Below are positions 1-8,784 of a stretch of 64,000 nucleotides of DNA, in pieces. Origin of the DNA: an uncultured Syntrophaceae bacterium. GTDB taxonomy: Bacteria; Desulfobacterota; Syntrophia; Syntrophales; UBA2210. A program made the translations under genes and the position numbers. The stretch lies in the NCBI GenBank assembly GCA_964394725.1, contig CAYMYS010000002.1:4497-68496 (forward strand), written 5' to 3'. Every line of letters starts with the position of its first letter. The first letter of the stretch is position 1. Below the pieces are notes generated by a model. It was not told the origin of the DNA, ran no database searches, and saw only the letters and a list, made by a program, of their open reading frames with translations.

Positions 1-1
1 C

Positions 2-985
2 ATCACCTCTCTATGGCAGCTCTATCTATTTTATGGAATCATTTCGGGGATTGGCCTCAGTAGTGCCTGGGCACCCCCGATGTCCGTCATTTCCCGGTGG
101 TTCTGGAAACGAAAGGCACTCATGTCGGGCATCGTAATCGCGGGCCCCGCCCTGGGCATCGCCATTATTCCGCTGCTTTTCAGTTCCCTCATGGCGACAT
201 GGGGATGGCGGTTCTCCTATGTTATACTCGGCCTCTTTGTCATCGTCACCGTTGCAGCGGCGGCCTTCTTTCTCCGGGGAAGTCCCGGTGAGATTGGGCT
301 TTTCCCATACGGCGCAGACCCGACTGACAGCAACTGTAACGATTTACAGACGGAGGGGATATCCCTCATGGAGTCGAGCCGCACGCTTGCCTTCTGGCTC
401 CTGCTCCTTATTTCATTCTGCAATGAAGTCCTCGTCGGCGTGATTACCGTGCATATCGTCATACATGCCACGGGGCTGGGAATTCCCATGACGGCAGCGG
501 CAGGGGTCCTGTCGGCGGCGGCGGGCGTTTCGATCCCCGGCAGAATTATCATGGGGGGCGTAGCCGACAGAATCGGGCATAAACCGGCACTGATCATCTG
601 TTTCGGCACCTCCGTTATTGCCTTTCTCCTCCTCCTTTCGACGGATGCATTGTGGATGCTCTACCTCTTTGCCGTTCTCTTCGGTGGCGGCCTCTGGACT
701 GCCGGCTCGATCAGAGCGCCCCTCATTGCCGACTTGTTCGGACTGAAATCACATGGGACCATCTTTGCCTGCACCGTTCTTGCCAGTGCCATCGGAGGCG
801 CCGTCGGACCCATCATTGCCGGTCTTCTCTTTGATATCTACGGAAGTTACCAGATCACCTTCATTATGTGCATCGGTATCAGCCTGATCGGCATTATCGC
901 CACTATACCATTACAACCCTTCAGGCAAGACAACGGTATGTCTATTACGAATTGCCCTACCTTATCAGATTCGGCAGAAAGGTAA
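2..985 (+). CDS. MFS transporter, oxalate/formate-antiporter-like; 5' end lies outside the window
   Basis: Frame 2 is open from nt 2 (ITSLWQLYLFYGIISGIGLSSAWAPP...), so the listed Met at 80 is internal. The protein is polytopic and hydrophobic. It is clearly paralogous to the MFS ORFs at 52556-53812 and 54838-56052, sharing the RWFxKRxxLMxGIxxAGxALGIAIIP loop. Confidence 0.8.
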   Translation: MTSLWQLYLFYGIISGIGLSSAWAPPMSVISRWFWKRKALMSGIVIAGPALGIAIIPLLFSSLMATWGWRFSYVILGLFVIVTVAAAAFFLRGSPGEIGLFPYGADPTDSNCNDLQTEGISLMESSRTLAFWLLLLISFCNEVLVGVITVHIVIHATGLGIPMTAAAGVLSAAAGVSIPGRIIMGGVADRIGHKPALIICFGTSVIAFLLLLSTDALWMLYLFAVLFGGGLWTAGSIRAPLIADLFGLKSHGTIFACTVLASAIGGAVGPIIAGLLFDIYGSYQITFIMCIGISLIGIIATIPLQPFRQDNGMSITNCPTLSDSAER

Positions 986-2261
986 TAATCTCTGGAAATA
1001 ACATGAGTACGGCCACACTTATAATGTAGGCGGGCAGGAAATATGTCACCCCTTTAAAGACGCTCCCCAGGGGAACATTTTTCGCCATACCTGCCACGAC
1101 ATAGGTCGTCGCTCCCACGGGAGGTGTTACGGCGCCCAGCGTCGTAATGACTGTAATCATCACACCGAACCAGATGGGATCGTATCCCAGTTTCATCGCC
1201 ACGGGGAAAAAGATGGGAATGGTAATCAACAGAAGTGCCAGCGCGTCCATGAGGGCGCCGCCGATAATGTATATGACGAATATTATGGTCAGAATGGCGG
1301 CAGGGGGCACGGGAAGTCCGGAGACCCAATCGGCAATATCGAAGGGAATCCTGGTGACGGCCAGGAATCGGCTGAATATGACGGCGCCTCCAATAATGAC
1401 TAAGACCATGCAGGAAATCTGGAGCGTATCGGTAATGGCCGACGTAAATCCCTCCCATGACAGACGTCTTCTGACGACGCTCATGAGAAGCGCGCAGAGC
1501 GAACCGATGGCGCCCGCCTCGGTGGGTGTGAAAATTCCCATATAGAGACCGATCATGACGAGAAGAAAGAGGACCAGCGCTTCGATAAAGCCGGGGAGCG
1601 ACCTGATCTTTTCTGTAAGGCTCTTTTTCGTGCCGGCGGGACTCCATTCGGGATGTATGACACAGAGTATGACGATGGTAACCATAAAGAGGGTGGCAAG
1701 AACAAGACCTGCAAAGATACCGCCATAGAAGAGTTTGGTAATGGACTGTCCCGTATAGAGACCGATAATAATGAGGACAACACTGGGGGGTATGACCACG
1801 CCAAGTGTCGATCCGCAGGCTATGGCCCCTGTGGAGAGGGCGGGATTGTATTTATATTTTTCCATTTCCGGCAGCGCCACGGCGGTCATGGTGGCAGCCG
1901 TCGCCGTATTGGAACCGCAGATGGCGGCAAATCCCGCACAGGCAAAGACCGTGGCCATGGCGAGACCCCCGCGCACGTGACCCGTCAGCGTATGGGTGGC
2001 CTTAAAAAGCCTGCGATTCAGACCCGAATAAAAGCAGATCTCACCCATGAAGACAAAGAGGGGGACCATGGTCAGGCTGTAAGATGAAAAGGTGTTCCAC
2101 AGTTCCGTGCCCAGCATCCCCAGCGCCGCTTTATAGGAGATGACAAGACAGATACCGCCGAATCCCACGACGCCCATGGTAAAACCGACGGGCATCCCCA
2201 GAAAGAGGAGTATGAAGAGAAGTATCCCGATACCGATTATTCCGACAAGGGTCAAACTCAT
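957..2261 (-). CDS. TRAP transporter large permease subunit (DctM family)
   Basis: A 434-aa polytopic protein with a typical DctM-like sequence (GMPVGFTMG..., SNTATAATM, VIPPS). It overlaps the upstream small-permease gene by 4 nt. Confidence 0.9.
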   Translation of the reverse strand: MSLTLVGIIGIGILLFILLFLGMPVGFTMGVVGFGGICLVISYKAALGMLGTELWNTFSSYSLTMVPLFVFMGEICFYSGLNRRLFKATHTLTGHVRGGLAMATVFACAGFAAICGSNTATAATMTAVALPEMEKYKYNPALSTGAIACGSTLGVVIPPSVVLIIIGLYTGQSITKLFYGGIFAGLVLATLFMVTIVILCVIHPEWSPAGTKKSLTEKIRSLPGFIEALVLFLLVMIGLYMGIFTPTEAGAIGSLCALLMSVVRRRLSWEGFTSAITDTLQISCMVLVIIGGAVIFSRFLAVTRIPFDIADWVSGLPVPPAAILTIIFVIYIIGGALMDALALLLITIPIFFPVAMKLGYDPIWFGVMITVITTLGAVTPPVGATTYVVAGMAKNVPLGSVFKGVTYFLPAYIISVAVLMLFPEIITFLPNLIR

Positions 2262-2761
2262 CGGGGCACCTCGTTTCCGTTATTGATCAATTTAATCAAA
2301 TCGACGAGGAGGACCAGTGAGATGACGCCGCAGCCCAGGGCGACTCCATAGACAAAGGGAAAATAGACGATCCTCAGGGTTTCCGAGAGTTCATTGACCC
2401 TCCAGAGGTTGTTCCCATATTTTACCGCCTGCCACCCGGCCAGGGAAAAAAAGATCATACCGACGAGGTAGTTAATCCCGCTGAGAACTAACCGCACCCC
2501 GCGGGGAAATTTCAAAATAAGAACATCGACGGCGATGTGCTCTTTCTTCATCTGCGTGCGCCCCAGCGCGAAGGCCGCCACGATAGCACCAAAAAATCCC
2601 ATCAGTTCGAATGTGCCCTTTACGGGAACCCAGACAGTGCGGAAAAAGACATTGGCGCATGCCAGTACCATCATGGCCACCAGCAGGAATCCCGCTATGG
2701 CAATCAATCCGCGGTTGACTACGATGACCGCTCTGTCCAGGTGCTCTATAACCTTTTCCAT
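2258..2761 (-). CDS. TRAP transporter small permease subunit (DctQ family)
   Basis: A 167-aa protein with four predicted TM helices, placed between the DctP-like and DctM-like genes. Its stop overlaps the dctM-like start (2258-2261). Confidence 0.85.
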   Translation of the reverse strand: MEKVIEHLDRAVIVVNRGLIAIAGFLLVAMMVLACANVFFRTVWVPVKGTFELMGFFGAIVAAFALGRTQMKKEHIAVDVLILKFPRGVRLVLSGINYLVGMIFFSLAGWQAVKYGNNLWRVNELSETLRIVYFPFVYGVALGCGVISLVLLVDLIKLINNGNEVPR

Positions 2762-2823
2762 TGTGTTGATATCGCTTTCTTTACTTTCTGCAGCTTCTTA
2801 AAGAAGCACATCTCAATCGTCTT

Positions 2824-2893
2824 GTCATTCCCTGCTTGATCGGGAATCCATTTCTTTCAAGTACTTATGGACTCCCACCTTCGTGGGAGTGAC
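2824..2893. repeat. REPIN-like doublet: two inverted copies of a GTCATTCCC-loop-GGGAATCC type palindromic unit
   Basis: Unit 1 is GTCATTCCC (2824-2832) / GGGAATCCA (2842-2850). Unit 2 is in inverse orientation: GGACTCCCAC (2869-2878) / GTGGGAGTGAC (2883-2893). Each unit is a hairpin, and the two units can also pair with each other with one mismatch per arm. The doublet sits in the dctP-dctQ intercistronic gap. Confidence 0.6.
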
Positions 2894-2904
2894 AGTGAGA
2901 TTCT

Positions 2905-2932
2905 AAATCCGGCTTTGTAAAAAGCCAGATTT
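2905..2932 (-). terminator. Intercistronic hairpin / partial terminator downstream of the TRAP binding-protein gene
   Basis: AAATCCGGCTTT-gtaa-AAAGCCAGATTT. The single mismatch becomes a G-U pair only on the minus-strand transcript, which matches the gene orientation. The flanks are T/A-rich. It lies 35 nt after the dctP-like stop. Confidence 0.45.
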
Positions 2933-2966
2933 TCGATGCTCTTTTTCTATGTCTTATTTCAAAACC

Positions 2967-3995
2967 CTACTTGTACTGAGCTGAATATTTAGCCATAAGG
3001 TCCTGGATGTCTCTTATGACCTCTTTGCCGGGAACCTTCGGTTCAACCCTCTTGATATAATTATTAACGAGGGGGCTGAGCAGTTCATGCATCTTCTTCT
3101 GCTCGTCGGCGGCAAAGTTGATGACTTCCACCTTATATTTTTTCTTGGACCAGGCCACCGCCTCATTGACATGATCATCCACGTACTTGCCCGTCCACTC
3201 TGTCTGCTCCCTGATAAGTCCGTCCATAACATCCTGCACGTCCTTGGGCAGAGAATTCCAGGTATCGAGATTCATGATGACGCCGAAGGTGACAACCTGC
3301 AGGTTGGTCATGGTGATATAGCGGCAGTATTCGGCATAGTTGAAGTCCTTCATGACTTCCAGTGACGAGGCCATCCCCTTTATCACCTTTTTATGGAGGG
3401 CATCGGGGACATCGGACTGGGGCATGCCGATGGGGCTTGCTCCCAGCAGTTCGAATACCTTGACGCCCGTTCCGGCGGCCCGAATTTCGAGACCCCTCAG
3501 ATCGGCAAGGGTGCGTACCGGGTCTATCGACATGATATTGGCGGGCGGGCAGGTAAACATGGTGAGAACCTTGACCTTTTTGAAGGATTCGGGCTTGTAT
3601 TTATTGTAGAGATCGAGTTGCGCCAGGCTGGCCACCGTTGCATTTGGCCATCCGTGGGGAAGATCGATCGCCTCCAGAACAGGGAAACGGCCCGGGTGAT
3701 AGGACAGGGCAAAGCAGCCTATGTCGGCCTGTCCGGCAACGACGCCGTCAAACATGTTTTTCGCACCAAGAAGCGTGCTCCCCGGGAAGGTCTTGATCTC
3801 CACCTTGCCGGCTGTTCGTTTCTCTACCTCCGTTTTCCACCGTTCCATCTGGACGGCTGGGAAGGTTGGCGCAGGCGGAAAATTCGCATAGGTCAGCGAC
3901 TTCGCCTTGGCAGATGCCATGGGCGCAGAGAGTGTGGCCACCATCAGAAAGGCCACCATCAGTACCAGTAACTTACAAATAAATGCTCTTTTCAT
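2967..3995 (-). CDS. TRAP transporter solute-binding protein (DctP family)
   Basis: A 342-aa protein with an N-terminal signal peptide (MKRAFICKLLVLMVAFLMVATLSAPMASA) and a DctP-like body. It is adjacent to the DctQ/DctM genes. Confidence 0.9.
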   Translation of the reverse strand: MKRAFICKLLVLMVAFLMVATLSAPMASAKAKSLTYANFPPAPTFPAVQMERWKTEVEKRTAGKVEIKTFPGSTLLGAKNMFDGVVAGQADIGCFALSYHPGRFPVLEAIDLPHGWPNATVASLAQLDLYNKYKPESFKKVKVLTMFTCPPANIMSIDPVRTLADLRGLEIRAAGTGVKVFELLGASPIGMPQSDVPDALHKKVIKGMASSLEVMKDFNYAEYCRYITMTNLQVVTFGVIMNLDTWNSLPKDVQDVMDGLIREQTEWTGKYVDDHVNEAVAWSKKKYKVEVINFAADEQKKMHELLSPLVNNYIKRVEPKVPGKEVIRDIQDLMAKYSAQYK

Positions 3996-4005
3996 ATCCT
4001 ACCTC

Positions 4006-4512
4006 CTATTTATAATGTAACCCTCGCGTAAAACCCTGAAGGTTTGCATCAAGGTGACGGGGAAGAGATATTGTTTTGATTATCTCCTCCATCACAGTTG
4101 AACCACAAAAGAGAGACCCGTGCCGTACCGCGTACCCAAGAAGCACCAGATTAGAAACCAGTTGTGAACCGCATTGTACTGCCAGCGTGGTGGCGTCAAT
4201 ATGCAGGTAGTCTCCCGCTTTATCGCTATTGATAAACAGTTTTCCCGACGCTTTGATAAAATCACCATGCACATCCAGATTGGATGCCGTCAGGAAGAGG
4301 CCGTAATCTGCCTTTCCCCTGCCGATAGTGGGACTCTTGAAGGAACCTACCTTTACGTGGGATATAACGGTACCGCCGCGCATGGCCATACCGTGTGTCT
4401 CCGCCGTGAGTACATCGAAGCCTTGTTGCATTGCAGCCTCTGCCAGGAGTCGTGTCAGAAAGAGGACCCCCTGGCCGCCCGTACCACTGATGATGATCTG
4501 CTGTTCCATCAC
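4006..4512 (-). CDS. iorB: Indolepyruvate:ferredoxin oxidoreductase subunit beta
   Basis: A 168-aa 2-oxoacid:ferredoxin oxidoreductase gamma-type domain (ISGTGGQGVLFLTRLLA...). It overlaps the iorA stop by 4 nt. Confidence 0.85.
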   Translation of the reverse strand: MMEQQIIISGTGGQGVLFLTRLLAEAAMQQGFDVLTAETHGMAMRGGTVISHVKVGSFKSPTIGRGKADYGLFLTASNLDVHGDFIKASGKLFINSDKAGDYLHIDATTLAVQCGSQLVSNLVLLGYAVRHGSLFCGSTVMEEIIKTISLPRHLDANLQGFTRGLHYK

Positions 4513-6347
4513 TCAACCTCCTTCTCTTCCGCCACAATAGCGCCGACGGGACAAACAGCCAGACAGACCGTGCAGCCGTTACATGTATAGGGATCGATAT
4601 TCACCCGCTTTGTTTCTTCGTCAAATACAAGGGCGGGACATTCGAAATGGGTGAGGCATTTTTTACAGCCCACGCATTCTTCAGTCACTGTTACACGGTA
4701 TTTCTGTGCCGGTTTCTCTTTCCCCTTACCCATCAGGCAGGGGTGTTTCGCGATAATTACCGCCACGCCGCCCGATTCGCTGCGACAGTATCGATCCGCC
4801 TCTTTCAAATGACCGATAAATTCGTCCACATGATAGGGATCGCATTCCCGGAGGAATCGAACGCCCGCGGCCCCTACAAGATCGGGAATGAGTACCTGGT
4901 TGCCCGGCGTGCCGTCTGCAAGAAGCCCCACCTGTGGTGTGGGCTGGTTGCCCGTCATGGCAGTGGTGGAGTTATCCAATATGACGACTATGATGCGTGC
5001 CTTGGTAAAGACGGCATTGATAAGGGGAGGAATCCCCGCGTGGAAGAAGGTGGAATCACCGATTGTTGCCACGACGGTGGGAAAATCATCGCTATCGGCG
5101 GCATAGGCGTGATAAAATCCCGCCGCTTGACTGATACCTGCGCCCATGCAGTGACAGGTATCTACAGCGCCAAGATTCATGCCCAGCGTGTAACATCCTA
5201 TATCGCTGGGGAATATACCCTCCGGGAATGTATCCCTGATTGCATAGAAGGCGGCGCGGTGGGGACAGCCGGGGCAGAGTGTGGGCCTGCGGCCCTTGCC
5301 CCCCGTCGATGTCGGTCTCTCCTCTGCAGTCAGGTCCAGAAAGGTCTGCAATACTGTTTCGATGACATCGGGCGTCAGCTCTCCTTCGTTGGGAACGAGG
5401 CCGGAATTACGCCCCTGAATATGGCGATTCAGAAACTGTGTCTCGATGACGGGGTAGGTCTCTTCGATGACAAGGACACGGTTGTACCTGTCATTGATGG
5501 TTTCTATAAATCTGCAGTTAAGAGGGTAGGGCATATCGACCTTGTAGAGGTTCACCTTGCCCAACAGTCCCAAATGCTCCAGCAGATCATAGGTGTGTGC
5601 ATAGGCAACACCGGAGGCAATGATACACTCCCCCTTCCGTGATCCGTCGCCCGCGACGATGGAGGGAAAGAAATCCTCTTCGTCGGCGATGACATCCATC
5701 TTTTCATTGAGGAGACGGTGGAGATTTGTCAAAAAATTTGGCGTTGCCACCCATCGTCCCGGATTCTTTTCGAAATGTGCCTTTCTGTCAAGAACCCGGG
5801 GCACCTCGCAAACAACGTTTTGCCGTGCATGACAGACGGCCGTTGTGGGCCGGAGCATGACGGGAATTTCATATTTTTCAGACAGTGCAAAGGCCCGCGG
5901 CACCATCTCCTTTGCCTCGCGGGGGCTTGCGGGATCGAAGACGGGCACCCGCGCAAATTGCGCGAAGGATCGGCTGTCCTGTTCCGTCTGTGAACTGTGA
6001 GGTCCCGGATCATCGGCCACGACAAGGACAAGTCCCCCCTTCACACCGATATAGGCCGATCGCATGAAGGGATCGGATGCCACATTGAGGCCCACCTGTT
6101 TCATGGCTACGGCCGATCTCTTTCCCGTATAGCTGCTTGCCAAGGCAATTTCATAGGCCACCTTTTCATTGACGGACCACTCTATGTGCATGCCTGTGGC
6201 CGTTTCTTTCGAAAATTCAACCACCGATGCCAGTATCTCCGATGCAGGTGTTCCGGGGTAGGAAGCGGCCAAAAAACATCCCGATTCGCAAATACCCCGT
6301 CCGATGGCTTCGTTCCCCATCAGTATTCTCTGTTCCTTCTTAATCAT
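4509..6347 (-). CDS. iorA: Indolepyruvate:ferredoxin oxidoreductase subunit alpha (TPP- and 2x[4Fe-4S]-binding)
   Basis: Contains TPP-enzyme motifs and a C-terminal double ferredoxin motif (CVGCKKC...CP, CNGCTVCLAVCP). The start is placed at MIKKEQRILMGNEAIGRG (nt 6347, AGAAAGG upstream). The longer ORF starting at 6413 would have to read through an intrinsic terminator. Confidence 0.9.
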   Translation of the reverse strand: MIKKEQRILMGNEAIGRGICESGCFLAASYPGTPASEILASVVEFSKETATGMHIEWSVNEKVAYEIALASSYTGKRSAVAMKQVGLNVASDPFMRSAYIGVKGGLVLVVADDPGPHSSQTEQDSRSFAQFARVPVFDPASPREAKEMVPRAFALSEKYEIPVMLRPTTAVCHARQNVVCEVPRVLDRKAHFEKNPGRWVATPNFLTNLHRLLNEKMDVIADEEDFFPSIVAGDGSRKGECIIASGVAYAHTYDLLEHLGLLGKVNLYKVDMPYPLNCRFIETINDRYNRVLVIEETYPVIETQFLNRHIQGRNSGLVPNEGELTPDVIETVLQTFLDLTAEERPTSTGGKGRRPTLCPGCPHRAAFYAIRDTFPEGIFPSDIGCYTLGMNLGAVDTCHCMGAGISQAAGFYHAYAADSDDFPTVVATIGDSTFFHAGIPPLINAVFTKARIIVVILDNSTTAMTGNQPTPQVGLLADGTPGNQVLIPDLVGAAGVRFLRECDPYHVDEFIGHLKEADRYCRSESGGVAVIIAKHPCLMGKGKEKPAQKYRVTVTEECVGCKKCLTHFECPALVFDEETKRVNIDPYTCNGCTVCLAVCPVGAIVAEEKEVE

Positions 6348-6374
6348 AATGTGACCTTTCTCTTGAATTTTCAT

Positions 6375-6406
6375 AAAAAAAGCCGTGAACATTGTCTGTT
6401 CACGGC
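6375..6406 (-). terminator. Rho-independent terminator (paaK transcript end, or attenuator in front of iorA)
   Basis: On the minus strand: GCCGTGAACA-gacaa-TGTTCACGGC, a 10-bp perfect stem, followed directly by TTTTTTT. It ends about 28 nt upstream of the iorA start codon. Confidence 0.75.
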
Positions 6407-6586
6407 TCCTCAAAACTCGTTATGTCATCTCTTATGGACGTTGAACAGACCTCACCCTTCTATGTAGATTGTACCACCACCAAGAATTGAGATAATCGTT
6501 CATACGTTTCATAATGAGTTAATTCATACCTTTGTATTGGTTAAAGACGACTAATAAACCACCCGTTACTGAAAAGCAAGCTTTTT

Positions 6587-7876
6587 TTAATCACGACCGT
6601 CAAAAACCCGTTTCGACTTCCGATCAGTCCTGGGCAGGGCATGATATTCCACGATTTCCACCTTACCGCTTACGAGGACACCCTTTCTGATTTCGGACTC
6701 TATCCGTGTCGCCACTTTTGCGTCTTTGTTGGGATCGCCATGGTCTTCACGTTCGACCTTTATGGTCATGTAATCCTTGCCATCATCCCTGCGTTTGAGA
6801 TGAATCTGATATTCGCTGCCGATGCCGGCCTGTCTGGACAGTATTTCATCAATATGACCGGGATAGACATTGACGCCCCTGATAATAAACATATCGTCGG
6901 ATCGACCAAGTATTTTGTCATGGCGTGGCAGTATGGAGCCGCAGGGACACGTCCCCGCAATCGCCCTTGTCAGATCGCGGGATCTGTACCGAATGAGAGG
7001 TGTCCCCTCCTTGCGAAGCGTTGTGTAGACCATTTCGCCAATCTCCCCTTCCTGAACAGGTTCCAGCGTTTCGGGGTTGAGGAGTTCCATGATAAAGTAA
7101 TCGGCCCAATAATGAATACCCTTGTGGTGGACACAGTCCAAACCTGTACCAGGACCGTAGAGTTCCGTCAAGCCGGGAATATCGAAGGTCTGTTCCGCAC
7201 CAAGCAGTTCCTTGATCTTACCCGTCATGGCTTCGTTGGATCGTTCGGCGCCAAAGATAACCTTTTTGACATTGATCTTATCACGCATCCCATGCCGGTC
7301 CACCTCTTCCGCCATCAGAAGCCCCATGGAGGCGGTAGCACAGATAACAGTGGGCTGGAAATCGACGAGAAACTGCATCTGCATGTCGAGATTTCCCGGT
7401 CCCGCCGGTATGGCAAAGGCCCCGAAGCGCTCGCAGCCGAGCTGAAATCCCACACCGGCAGTCCACACGCCGTAACCGACACATATCTGCACACGATCTT
7501 CCCGGGACAGTCCCGCCATTTCATAACAGCGGGCGAACATGTTGGTCCAGTCATCAATATCCTTCGCCGTATAGACCATGACCTTGCGCTTGCCCGTCGT
7601 TCCCGAGGAGGCGTGGAGCCGAACGATATCCTTCATGGGCACCGATAGAAGGGGCCAGGGATAATTGTCCTGCAGATCCTGTGCGGTAACAAAAGGGAGT
7701 CTCTTCAGATCATCGAGGGATTGGATATCACCGGGCATGATACCTGCCTCGTCAAAGCGCTTCCTGTAAAAGGCCGATCCCCCGTAGGCATGATTGATGG
7801 TCCATCTAAGACCCTCCAGTTGATATGCCTCAAGTTCCTCTCTCGTCTCGAATGCGGGCATGAACGATTGTTCCAT
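6587..7876 (-). CDS. paaK: Phenylacetate-CoA ligase (aryl-acid adenylating enzyme)
   Basis: A 429-aa protein with PaaK-type N-terminal and AMP-binding motifs (LHASSGTTGKRKV, YGPGTG...). It shows the classical pairing with iorAB. Confidence 0.85.
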   Translation of the reverse strand: MEQSFMPAFETREELEAYQLEGLRWTINHAYGGSAFYRKRFDEAGIMPGDIQSLDDLKRLPFVTAQDLQDNYPWPLLSVPMKDIVRLHASSGTTGKRKVMVYTAKDIDDWTNMFARCYEMAGLSREDRVQICVGYGVWTAGVGFQLGCERFGAFAIPAGPGNLDMQMQFLVDFQPTVICATASMGLLMAEEVDRHGMRDKINVKKVIFGAERSNEAMTGKIKELLGAEQTFDIPGLTELYGPGTGLDCVHHKGIHYWADYFIMELLNPETLEPVQEGEIGEMVYTTLRKEGTPLIRYRSRDLTRAIAGTCPCGSILPRHDKILGRSDDMFIIRGVNVYPGHIDEILSRQAGIGSEYQIHLKRRDDGKDYMTIKVEREDHGDPNKDAKVATRIESEIRKGVLVSGKVEIVEYHALPRTDRKSKRVFDGRD

Positions 7877-7956
7877 ATGGTCTCCTTTCCTCTGTGGGCC
7901 GTATAATCAATTTATAATTTTTAATTCTAAATGCTTAATTTTAAGGGAATGACTCA

Positions 7957-8784
7957 CTACTCAGACACAGTCCCATTCCTCATCCAATAGAGACTCATAC
8001 CTAAAAGTATCATGGCCAGACAGAGTATCTGACCCATTGACATGGCCGCCAGCACAAATCCCAGTTGGGGGTCGGGGTCTCTGAAGAATTCTATGATAAA
8101 CCGTACCAGACCATAGCCGATGAGATAGAAGGAAAGGAGAAACCCATCAAAGCGTCCTCTTTTTCTGATAGACCACAGGATGATGAACAGAAAGATACCT
8201 TCAAAGAGGGCCTCATACAGCTGAGAGGGGTGACGAAGTCGGCCCGTAGGATCGAGGGGAAAGTACATGCCCCAGGGCATGGTGGTGACACGCCCGAAGA
8301 GTTCGCCATTCAGGAAATTTCCTATTCTGCCGAAGGTGTATCCCAGAGGGAGGGCCGCGGCAAAAAGATCGGCGAAATGCCAGAATCCTATGCCCCGCTT
8401 ACGACAGAATAACAGCGCGGCAATAACCACTCCGACAGCGCCGCCGTGATAGGACATGCCGCTGATACCGACATACCGGAAACCGTCTTGCAGATCGAAG
8501 GGAAAGATTATCATCAGGGGGTTGGAGATATAATAGTCGAAGTTGTAAAAGAGAATATATCCCAGCCGAGCGCCTATCAGAAGACCGACAATAAGCCACA
8601 CGAAGACATCCTGAATCGTCTCTTTCGTGTAGGGATGACCCTCATCCTTTATCCGGTAGAGAATGAGACGATAGGTAATGAAGAAGGCCACCAGATACAT
8701 GAGGCCATAATAACGAATCTGAAAGGATCCTATAGTGAGGAGTGCGGGGTCGATATGGTACGGTATGTGGTTCCAGAAATTCAT
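7957..8784 (-). CDS. lgt: Prolipoprotein diacylglyceryl transferase
   Basis: A 275-aa membrane protein with Lgt signatures (YHGGAVG, FGRIGNFLNGELFGR, HPSQLYE). Confidence 0.9.
   Translation of the reverse strand: MNFWNHIPYHIDPALLTIGSFQIRYYGLMYLVAFFITYRLILYRIKDEGHPYTKETIQDVFVWLIVGLLIGARLGYILFYNFDYYISNPLMIIFPFDLQDGFRYVGISGMSYHGGAVGVVIAALLFCRKRGIGFWHFADLFAAALPLGYTFGRIGNFLNGELFGRVTTMPWGMYFPLDPTGRLRHPSQLYEALFEGIFLFIILWSIRKRGRFDGFLLSFYLIGYGLVRFIIEFFRDPDPQLGFVLAAMSMGQILCLAMILLGMSLYWMRNGTVSE

Noticed and set aside
6348-6413. I considered the longer iorA start at 6413 given by the ORF track (MRSREQTMFTAFFMKIQEKGHI…).
   Set aside because: - The extension would be translated through a 10-bp stem plus T7 terminator.
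- It has no similarity to IorA N-termini.
- The ATG at 6347 has an AGAAAGG RBS and begins the conserved MIKKEQRILMGNEA sequence.
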